64,000 nucleotides of DNA from a virus (Duplodnaviria > Caudoviricetes). Positions 19,898-29,900 of the stretch are shown here, one piece after another. The translations under genes were made by a program, and so were the position numbers. The notes beneath the pieces are model-generated. The model was not told the DNA's origin. It did not search any database and saw only the letters and a program-made list of their open reading frames with translations. Position 1 is the stretch's first letter, and every line of letters starts with the position of its first letter. The stretch spans positions 32,001 through 96,000 of IMG/VR virus record IMGVR_UViG_3300032038_007781, one strand, 5' to 3'.

Positions 19898-22762
19898 TTA
19901 TTTAGTATTCGACTTGCTTTCCAACTCAGTAATTTTTTGGCTCAAGTTTGTTATTTGCTCAAGTATCTTTGTAAGAACTGTAGACAATGAATCACCATTT
20001 GCAAAAGGTGCATCACCATTCATATTTGTTGGGTTTGTAAAACCTCTCACAAACAAATTATCAGTTCCCAAATCCGTTGTATTAACTTTAGCGTTCCAAG
20101 CAGTTCTTTCGCTAGCAGTGATATGAATATCATTATTACTTGTATGAGAACTTACTGAACCTGAAATTGAATTATAAGCTGCTGCCGTTGTATATTCGTT
20201 ATCAGTAATAACCTTTGCAATTGTCTTTGCATCAAATGTGGTACCAGAAGCATTAGAATCAGCATCCCAAACTGTTAACAAATCAGTTTTAGCTAACTTA
20301 CTTGCATCCCCTTCTCCACCACCTTCGCTAAGGTCATTTAATTTAGCTACAACAGCTTCAAATGCATCAGCTAAGGTATCAGTACTCTTAACAATTCTAT
20401 TCCCGTCTTCTGTCAATTTCTGAAGGGCATAAATATCACCGTTTTGCCTAATTTCGAAAGCATTCTTTCTAACATGATTAGGCAAATTATAATTTCCAAT
20501 ACCTACTGTAAATATAGTATTTCCACTATCCCCAAAAGTATCACTTGCATGACTAGATGAGTTAAAAATACCAATAGCAGTTTCATTATCATTTAATGCT
20601 TCAGTGTAAGAGCCTGAAGCGTGTGAATAATTACCTTTTGCATTAGTTTGAAGTCCTTCAGCATGAGAAGATTGCCCACTTGCAGTTGTACTTTTACCTT
20701 CAGCATGAGAATTATTACCACTTGCTAATGTTCCAGCACCTTCTGCGTGAGAATATTGACCACTTGCGGTTGTATATGAAGGAGCTAAACCACCTGTACC
20801 ATCTACATATCCACCTTCAGCATGAGAGCCTTGGCCACTAGCAACTGTTTGTTCACCTTCTGCATGTGAATATAAATTACTAGCTAATGTACTTAGACCT
20901 TCAGAATGAGTTGCAGCACTTGTTGCACTAGTTCCAATGCCTTCAGCATGGGAATTGTTACCACTTGCTAATGTGCTTTGACCTTCTGCATGAGAAGTAT
21001 CACCAATAGCCTTTGTCATATTGCCTTCAGCATGGGAATTGTTACCACTTGCTAATGTACTTTGACCTTCTGCATGAGATGCATTACTTGTTGCACTAGT
21101 TGCAATACCTTCAGAATGTGAACCTTGACCCCCAGCGACTGTGCTTTGGCCTTCAGCGTGAGAAGTAATACCACTTGCAGTTGTTTGATTACCTTCAGCA
21201 TGGGAATTATCATAACTTGCAGTTGTACTTGAACCTTCTGCATGAGAATATTTACCGCTAGCTGTTGTCCTTGAACCTTCTGCATGAGAATATTGACCAC
21301 TTGCAGTTGTATATGAGCCTTCAGCGTGGGAAGATTGACCTCCAGCAACTGTTTGTTCACCTTCTGAGTGAGAGCCATTAGTACCGCTAGCTGTTGTGCT
21401 ATAACCTTCAGCATGGGAATTGTTACCACTTGCTAATGTGCTTTGACCTTCTGCATGGGAATTGTTACCACTTGCTAATGTGCTTTGACCTTCTGCATGT
21501 GATGCATTACTTGTTGCACTAGTGCTTTGACCTTCAGAATGCGAATAGTAGTCACTAGCTGTTGTTTGATAACCTTCTGCATGCGATGCATGCCTTGTTG
21601 CACTAGTTCCGATGCCTTCAGAATGAGAAGATTGACCAATGGAAACTGTTCCAGCACCTTCTGCATGAGAATATTGACCACTTGCAGTTGTACCTGAGCC
21701 TTCAGCGTGGGAAGATTGGCCACCAGCAACTGTACGTTGACCTTCAGAATGAGAAGATTGACCGCTAGCTGTTGTGCTATAACCTTCAGCATGTGAATAA
21801 TCACCACTAGCAATGGCTTCATCACCTTCTGCGTGAGAACCATAATTACCACTTGCTATTGTATTATAGCCTTCTGAATGAGACGCATCACTTGTTGCGC
21901 TAGTATGATAGCCTTCAACATGTGAATATTGACCACTTGCTATTGTATTATAGCCTTCTGCGTGTGAAGAATCACTTGTTGCACTAGAAGAATTACCTTC
22001 AGCGTGAGAACCATAATAACCACTTGCTATTGTATTATAACCTTCTGAATGGGAGTCGCTTCCTGAAGCTTCTGTATTGTTTCCTTCAGCGTGAGAAGCA
22101 TCACCAATAGCCTTTGCCATATTACCTTCAGCATGAGAATTATTACCGCTTGCAACGGTTCTTTCACCTTCAACATGAGAGCATGCCCCTGAAGCTTCTG
22201 TATAGCTTCCTTCAGCATGAGAATATACCCCTAATGCCATTGCGCTGGTACCTTCGGCATGAGAGCAAATTCCTGATGCAGTTGTATAACTCCCTTCCGC
22301 ATGAGAATATTTACCGCTTGCTAATGTACTATAGCCTTCGGCATGAGATGCGTCACTTGTTGCACTAGTGGTTTGTCCTTCAGCATGAGAAGAAATACCA
22401 CTAGCAGTTGTAGTATCGCCTTCAGCGAAAGATAAACTACCAGAAGCAACTGAGCCACTTCCCTTTACTGCAAGACTTTTTAATCCTTCGTTATATACAA
22501 AAGGCGATGCTGTGCCAACATATTCAGCCATTTTACCAGTTGTTGGAAAAGTAACGACATCATTACTATCATTTCTTAATGAAATGGTTTCATAGCCATG
22601 AGCATAGTTAATGGCAAGTTCACCGTATTCAATCTGTGGGTTATCAAGTACTTTACCTTCACTGTCTTTAACGGATGGCAATTTAGGTGTATAATGCTTA
22701 TTTTCACCAGTACCATGTTCAATTAACTGGTTACTCTTAATATGTTTAATTTTTAAAGCCAT
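19898..22762 (-). CDS. tail fibre/adhesin with YadA-head-like 14-aa repeats
   Basis: About 43 ASGxxSHAEGxxTx repeats, N-terminal GELAINY, neck-like NAFEIRQNGD, IHITASERTAWN, C-terminal coiled coil. Confidence 0.85.
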   Translation of the reverse strand: MALKIKHIKSNQLIEHGTGENKHYTPKLPSVKDSEGKVLDNPQIEYGELAINYAHGYETISLRNDSNDVVTFPTTGKMAEYVGTASPFVYNEGLKSLAVKGSGSVASGSLSFAEGDTTTASGISSHAEGQTTSATSDASHAEGYSTLASGKYSHAEGSYTTASGICSHAEGTSAMALGVYSHAEGSYTEASGACSHVEGERTVASGNNSHAEGNMAKAIGDASHAEGNNTEASGSDSHSEGYNTIASGYYGSHAEGNSSSATSDSSHAEGYNTIASGQYSHVEGYHTSATSDASHSEGYNTIASGNYGSHAEGDEAIASGDYSHAEGYSTTASGQSSHSEGQRTVAGGQSSHAEGSGTTASGQYSHAEGAGTVSIGQSSHSEGIGTSATRHASHAEGYQTTASDYYSHSEGQSTSATSNASHAEGQSTLASGNNSHAEGQSTLASGNNSHAEGYSTTASGTNGSHSEGEQTVAGGQSSHAEGSYTTASGQYSHAEGSRTTASGKYSHAEGSSTTASYDNSHAEGNQTTASGITSHAEGQSTVAGGQGSHSEGIATSATSNASHAEGQSTLASGNNSHAEGNMTKAIGDTSHAEGQSTLASGNNSHAEGIGTSATSAATHSEGLSTLASNLYSHAEGEQTVASGQGSHAEGGYVDGTGGLAPSYTTASGQYSHAEGAGTLASGNNSHAEGKSTTASGQSSHAEGLQTNAKGNYSHASGSYTEALNDNETAIGIFNSSSHASDTFGDSGNTIFTVGIGNYNLPNHVRKNAFEIRQNGDIYALQKLTEDGNRIVKSTDTLADAFEAVVAKLNDLSEGGGEGDASKLAKTDLLTVWDADSNASGTTFDAKTIAKVITDNEYTTAAAYNSISGSVSSHTSNNDIHITASERTAWNAKVNTTDLGTDNLFVRGFTNPTNMNGDAPFANGDSLSTVLTKILEQITNLSQKITELESKSNTK
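20600..22450 (-). repeat. 42-bp coding tandem repeat array
   Basis: Identical 42-mers at 20946-20987, 21411-21452 and 21453-21494; 1-mismatch copy at 21030-21071. Confidence 0.9.
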
Positions 22763-22835
22763 AAATATAAATATTTGTTATTAATTTTATTTACTTGTGT
22801 TCTTACTAATATAAATATTTTAGAAAATATAAAAA

Positions 22836-22863
22836 ATGGATGATAAAATTATTATCATCCATT
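22836..22863 (-). terminator. intrinsic terminator
   Basis: AATGGATGATAA...TTATCATCCATT stem. Confidence 0.75.
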
Positions 22864-22892
22864 AATTATTATTTCATACTAAGCATTAACTA

Positions 22893-23546
22893 TTAGTATG
22901 TCCCACCATCAATTTCAGAAATCTTAATGCCCTTTGCGCTATCAATTGCAAGGCCAGTTTGTGTGTCAACTTTGATAGTCAAAGTTGTACCACTTGACTG
23001 CGCAACAATATCAAGAGCATCATTAGCAGATGTCAATGTATTCTTCGTATTAACAGAAGTAATTGCGTCATAGTTTGCCTTAACCTGAGTATCAAGAGCT
23101 TTGATGTCAGACGTGATTGTGTTAGTAGAACCTTTACCAATATACTCACCAGTGTTAGTATAAGTTCTACTTTCACCATCAGCAGCCTTAGACAAACCTA
23201 CAACTGTATCAATTGATGTTTCAGCAGATTGGGCACGTGTAATTTCAGCAGAAAGCTCACCACCATCAACAGTTGAATTTTGATTAATAGATGCTACCTG
23301 TTTGCCACCTTGATAGAATATGATTAAATTACCGTTTTGTTCTACAGTAATGTTCTTATTTTCAATTTCTACATCTTGTTCTTTATTAGTTTTGTCAAGA
23401 TTGGCTATTTCAGCATCTTGCCTGATGTTGACTTTATCTTGTTCATCATTTTTACCCTTAATGGTAGACAAGTCATTAGAAAGCCCATCAAACTTAGTTT
23501 GTTCTTCATAACCATAAGGGTCTGGATATTTAATTCTTATGTCCAT
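22893..23546 (-). CDS. tail-fibre-associated protein
   Basis: EITRAQSAE coiled-coil motif, IKALDTQVK, C-terminal IDGGTY typical of phage fibre proteins. Confidence 0.65.
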   Translation of the reverse strand: MDIRIKYPDPYGYEEQTKFDGLSNDLSTIKGKNDEQDKVNIRQDAEIANLDKTNKEQDVEIENKNITVEQNGNLIIFYQGGKQVASINQNSTVDGGELSAEITRAQSAETSIDTVVGLSKAADGESRTYTNTGEYIGKGSTNTITSDIKALDTQVKANYDAITSVNTKNTLTSANDALDIVAQSSGTTLTIKVDTQTGLAIDSAKGIKISEIDGGTY

Positions 23547-23548
23547 TT

Positions 23549-23710
23549 TTAATTATTTTCTAATTTTGTTATTCTTTTTTTTTTTCAAGTTATTTGTTTT
23601 AGATTGCATTTGAAACCTTTTATTACAGTATGTTTTTTATTCATCAGTAGTAATATGAATGCTATCATTTCTATTGTGGAATAATTAACATTAAAATCCA
23701 ATGCAACATC
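23549..23710 (-). pseudogene. decayed 3' end of a tail-fibre paralogue
   Basis: Frame fragments HNRNDSIHITTDE*KTYCN and ...RITKLENN* resemble HTSNNDIHITASERTAWN and KITELESK of the 954-aa fibre. Confidence 0.45.
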
Positions 23711-23940
23711 TATTTTTATATAAATATTATATTAACTGCTTTAATTACTTTACTATAAATAATATCTTAATATAAAATTACAATAAGCCTCTCTTTTTTT
23801 TTAACTTGAGCAATTCACTACATATGTTGGTAGTTATATATCATATTCAAAATTTGGGCTTAGAATACTTTAAGTCATTTATTTTTAATATAAGCCATAG
23901 CACTGTTAATAATTATCCATTATATGATGATATAAAAAAA

Positions 23941-23968
23941 AAAAGGACTTGCTTAAGTCCTTTTTTTT
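23941..23968. terminator. intrinsic terminator
   Basis: AAAAGGACTT-GCTT-AAGTCCTTTT with A/T runs on both sides. Confidence 0.8.
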
Positions 23969-23972
23969 GAAA

Positions 23973-26900
23973 TTATTTGAGTTCATTAGTAATGCTACTA
24001 TAGTTAGTAATTTGGGTTGAGCTAATATTACGGTAAGCACCTGTATAATACGTCATATTTCTAAATGCCTTATTCCAGAATTCTGGAACTGTACCAGATG
24101 TATTACCTGCATAATACATGAAGTATCTAACATCTCTTATGGCAGGGTTCTTTTCTGGTGTGAACAAGTTACTACTCATTATATAAGGCGCACGATAAGA
24201 CCAATTTTCATGTCTATAGAACATATAACTTACATTCTGAATATCACTGCATTTTGCAAATAAATTAGATGGTACTTGTGCATTTTTAGTGTCAGCAAAC
24301 TTACAATCAGAGAAAAGATATGACAATTCTCTAAGTTTAGTATTTGTTGCAAAGAATGTATCAGGTATTTGTTCATAAGGATAAATGTAGCAGCCTTCAA
24401 ACATATGAGATACATCAGTCAATGAACTCATGCCATTTAGCAAGTTAGGCGGGAACATATTACCCAAAACAGAATTTTTTTGCGCCCAGTTATAAGGGGT
24501 TAAACCCTTAACACCTAAGAACATGTTAGCTAAACTTGTCGTGTTTCTAACATTGTCGAAGAAGAATGGAGGTATTGAACCATAGAAGCCCTTCTTAAGA
24601 GTATTAGGCCATCCCAAACCATTATCACTATCAATATTTGCACCACCTGAACCTTGGAATGCACTATGAATTGATGCATTATTTGTACAATATCTGAATA
24701 AGTCGCCAGCAACTAAATAATTACGCACTTTTTGCCTATCGTTCTGTTCAGAGAACAAATCATCAATAGGTAATAATGTTGTTTCACTGGTAGGTGACGT
24801 GTTCAAAATATCATTAGGCAAATCTTCACTAATGCCAATATCATCATTAGTACCTATTTTTTTATATATTTCTGAACCTACAATAGCATTATACAATGTA
24901 GCAGTGCCATCGTTAACCCATTTATTCCAAATCTTACGATATTTGTTATAAGCAGAATTTTCTTTAACACGCCTTGGGTCATAGTTAGGATTCAAAGTAG
25001 TAGTCCCATCAATTGAATTGTGGATGTAAAGCACTGGGTTAAATGAATCATTAGGTACTACAAAGATTGGATTATAATCAGGATTATCCTCAATTACATT
25101 GCTGCAGCCGCCTGATGAGTAGTTTTCTATAGTTAAATCATCAGCATTAAGATTCAATGCGTAAGCATGTAAATTTTCAGTTGTAATGTCCTTAAATATT
25201 GAATTCATACTAGTGATATTTTTTATGTATGTCTTGTAAGAACCATTGAATGTATAAATGTCACTATCACTAGACTTAACAGGATTTTTAACATCTTTAG
25301 TACTGCCTGTGTGAAGCTCACCCTTGCTATCTGTCCAAGTTGTGGTTTCATTATCACCAATAGTTGATGGACACAACTCACCATAATCATCCATGTAATA
25401 AATTGTACCACCTGAGCTAAATGGCTCAGACTTACCTTTTATAATCTTGTTATCCTTATCAAATTCGACAATTACTTTATTTGTTGATGCATTAATTACT
25501 AAGTTTTGAACCCCATATTTAGCATTCTCAATACCTTTTTTAATTGCATCATCATAAGTAAGTCCCTTCATAGTTGGATAAGAGTTAGTAACTTCTCTAT
25601 AGAATAACCCATAAGGAACTTGGCCTTTTAATTCTGTATATTCAAATAAGCTTGCAACATTCTTTAACTTTGTAGCATTGGTAAATCCAAAACCTTTCAA
25701 AGTGAAAGGAATTTGTAAGTGATAGAATCCATACGCAAAGTTTGATAAGCTAATTGAATCAGCAAACATACTAACCATTTCACCGTTTTCAGTGTAGTAA
25801 GGAAGAGTCAATTCTATATTTTGAGCACCAGTAGGACGTTTCATATTAGAAAAGAAGCCAGGTGCTTCTATTAAGTTTGTACATTTACGTAAAACCTTAG
25901 AAGGGAATATAGTTGCATTATCAACATCAACAGTGTCAACATATTTATTGAATTTGCCAGAGAAAATAGGCGCACTTGATGAAGTACCATCTTTAGATGA
26001 AGTACCAAGATATTTAATAGAATTACTAATCTTTGCTAAGAAACTGTCTCCAATATAAACGCTAGCAATATTTCTTTCATCTTCAGGTACAGTAGTGTCT
26101 CCACTAATAGTGCTAACACTAAATGAGCTTGTCACCGCAGTAATCTTAGATGAAAAGTGTCCTGGCATGCTTCTAGTAGAGCTATAACCACCGAAAATAT
26201 TACGTATGTAACCACAAGCGGTCAAATTTGTGAACGAAGCGTTAATGTTCGTTAAATTAGGAGTGTTATAGAATATATCAGTTGAATAAATCCTAGTATT
26301 ATTAATAACTAAATTAGTATCTACATGTGAGAAGTAGATTCTTGAATTATTAAATGAGTGGTCAATATTATTCAAGTATGGCATATATTTAAATAACTTG
26401 CCTGCATTTGCCCAGCCAATATTTCCTATTTCTGTTGAATTACTATTCTTAACGAAAATAGGGTTAAAGTAAATGATACTATTTATTGATAAGTTTTTGC
26501 CATCCTTAGTTGAATGGAATAAGTTATCATCTGCATAAACAGTGCAACCATCAAATGCTGAATTGAACCATGTTAAATTAGGCATATATTGAAACATACC
26601 ATTATTAGTAACATTTCCATTACTATCCAATATAGGTGAAGGTATACGTGTTCTTAAACCACAATAATAGAATAAGCCACTAATATTAGTTACTTTACCG
26701 CAATGACTAAATGCTTCAGCTTTTAATGAATTACTTTCAGTATCTGTTTTTATAGTTTTAACATTATAGAACATATTTGTGATGTCAGTAACGTCAATTT
26801 TATTACCATTACCCTCTGAATCACACTTTTGCAAGATATAATACACATCGTGAAGGTTACATTGAGTATTAGCAAACATACTATTAAGTGATGTAACCCC

Positions 26901-29900
26901 AATTTGTATATTAGTTACAAACCCATTATTATTTTCATTACTTTTGTCAAATTGTCTAGCAGTTGGTATTTCAATTTCACCTGTAGGTAAATCGTGGATT
27001 GAGAAATTTACGCAACCGTTGAAAATAGCTGTGCCTGCTAATTTAATATTACCAAATACTCTCTTAAGTGAAGTACAACCATTAAAGAAGTTCGAGCCTA
27101 AAGAGAATGGGCTACCTTCAACATTAGCAAATTTAACATATTTTACCGAACTCGTATTATGCATCTTCAAACCAGTTGAAGTTAAAGATGCAAATGCTGA
27201 TAAATCAAGTACATTTTCTTGGTTATATTGAAGTACATTTGCAGTTTCACCAAATTTAAATCCATCAAGACCAACTGAGTTTTCTAAGTTTAAAGTTTGT
27301 ATACTTTTAACCATATCTGCCGCAGGCATAATGATTGGCTTTTTTGTCCTAAGTCCTGATAATATAACCGTTTTCAACTTAGGGCAGTCAATAATTGAAA
27401 TCTGCAAATTCTCATTGGTGCATTTACCCAAATTCAAACTTGTTAGTTCAGAACAAGAAGAAATGGTTACTGATGTCAACTGAGTATTACCTGATGCCAC
27501 AATTGATTGAATTTCAGCACAGTTTGATACTTCGAGAGTATTCAAAATATTCATTGCGTTTATTTCTAAACTTGTTTTAAGACCCCTACAATTTCTAATG
27601 TAAAGTTTTTCCAAACTATCGCATTGTTTAAAGTTAAAATCTTCATCAGTCAAATAAGGTTGAGACTCAATTGTCAAGTTAGAAATATCGCTATCACTTA
27701 CGTTCAGCACTGAAAGTGGTGAAGAAGAAAGTACCAACGAACTTACACAAGAGTGACTAATGTCAATAGTATTAATTTTCCAATAGTTAAAGCCTTCTGA
27801 ACTCGAACTTTGGTCAGAAAGTGTCACAGGGAAGTTAGTAGAACCCTTTGAGTTACTCAAATTAATCTTTCTAACATCAGATAATCTCTTGCCATCAATT
27901 TTATTAATGAAGGTTGTTGAGAAATCAACTGGTGTATCTTTAGATAAAGTAGTAACTGAGTCCAAATCAATTTCGGATAATGAAGGTAGTTCCATACTTT
28001 CAAATTTCTCAAAACGATTGTCCTTAAGTCCATCCAATTTTGTAATAATTGTTGTTGAGTTAATACCAATACGCTTAGAGTCTGAAGACAACTGAGGTAA
28101 AATAATCTTTGTGTCTGTGTAAGCAGGTATGAACCACTTATTAACCTCACCATTCTGGCCAATTTCAGCAGTAAAGATTGTAGGTGAAGTTGTTGAAATT
28201 ATAAAGTTAGGGTAGCCACCTCCTTCAGGTCCACCACAAGTGATGTAGCCACGCACATAATAAGGGTATCGGTCATTTACAGGACTGCTAACATTAAGGA
28301 CACCATCCAAAAAATAGAACCTATCCTTTAGCCAAGAACGTATATACTCAATACGTGTGCCATGAAGCATTTCAATATTACCATAAGTGTAATTACCTGA
28401 AGCAGTTTGATACTTAGTCAAATATTTTACGTTAAAGTCATCATTGTAAAGCATTTCACCAACATCACTTGTTTGGTCGGTAAAGATTGAAATGAAGCTA
28501 TCAGGAGAGCTTAAAGGACCATTAGTTGTACCGTCATTTTTTATAGAGCCATCTCTAAGTAATCTCCAGAATTCACCATAGAACCCTCCATTCCAAACAC
28601 TTTCACAATGAGTAGCCCAGAAACTCTTGTTACCACGTTCATCAGATGTAGCACGTAAAATATTCCATAGCTTAGAATTATACGCACCATATCCATGAGC
28701 TTGCTGAGAATTTCTCTTAACTGCCATTATATTTGGTTCATCAGTTTTTGTGCTATTTTCAAATGAATCAATATAAACAGTTGATGGTACGCTTTCCTCA
28801 CCTGCATTAGTAAGGCCTAAAGCCGTATCCATATCATAGAATGCTGGATACCACTTTCCGTTTCCCCAAGTCCTAAGTGTCATATTTTTACCTAATGAAT
28901 CCACCATGCCAAATGCCATAGCAATCACAAAATAACCATAAGCATTTTTAATTGATAATTTATCAACAAAAGTTTCAACTTCATTAGTTTCAGCATAAAC
29001 TTCACCGTTGGTCTTAAAAGTCTTTGAAGAAGAATCATATGTGTAAATCTTAGATGTTGATGGCTCAGGTATACGTGCAGTTTGTGCAAATAAATCTCGT
29101 AATTTCAGCCAAGGGTCAGTGCCTGATGGTGGTTGCGAACTATGGTCATCAGAACCACCATTGTATTTGAATTCACCTAAGTGTTCAAGAACTGTTAAGT
29201 TGTCTTGCGACCAAGTTGAATGTTCTTCGGTATTGTCATCAGCATCACTACCAAACTCAAAAGAGTATACATCAGAAAGATTAATCTGATTTTGGCCATT
29301 ATTATACTTAATAGTCTCAGTTCTTTCATAAGGCACATATGCATCAACCAATGCTGGCGTGCTTTCATCGTTATATTCATCAGCAGCATTTTTCTTTCTT
29401 CTTGAATAAGACTTCAAGAAGTTAAATCCCATATTGAAATATGAATAACGACCTAAGTTAAAAGAATAAATACCCAAGAATGTAGGAGAACTTTCACCAG
29501 GAAATCGCATAAGTAGGATTACAGGGAAGCCTTCAAGTGTATGTTTAACATCAGGTAAAGTAGATTGTACTCCATAATCATTACCATTTTCATCAACATC
29601 ACGAGGTTTGTTTTCTCTTGCTGCAATCATAGCAGGGTTATCTTCCAACACAGATTTAGCACCATATTCGTTAATCCATTTACCAAGCGTAGCGTTGTTT
29701 GCGTGGGCAGAATCCACAACGTCAGCCTTTAATGTAAACTCACTTTCAGGAAACCAAGTATCTTTTGGTTGGAACATCTCTAATCTACCATTAGCAAGTG
29801 TTTTCATAAAATACAACTCAAGATTCTTAGACCTCAAAGTAGTTGTAGACGTACCCTGAATACTTACACCGATAGTATCTGCTTGAACCTCTTTACCATT

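Noticed and set aside
21052-22368. Alternative-frame ORFs inside the fibre gene, and the other short overlapping ORFs in the track
   Set aside because: Open only because of repeat structure or codon bias of the real gene; no independent signals.
20600-22450. CRISPR array
   Set aside because: The 42-bp periodicity is an in-frame protein repeat with no constant-repeat/unique-spacer structure. The same applies to the DPM repeats at 54709-54840.
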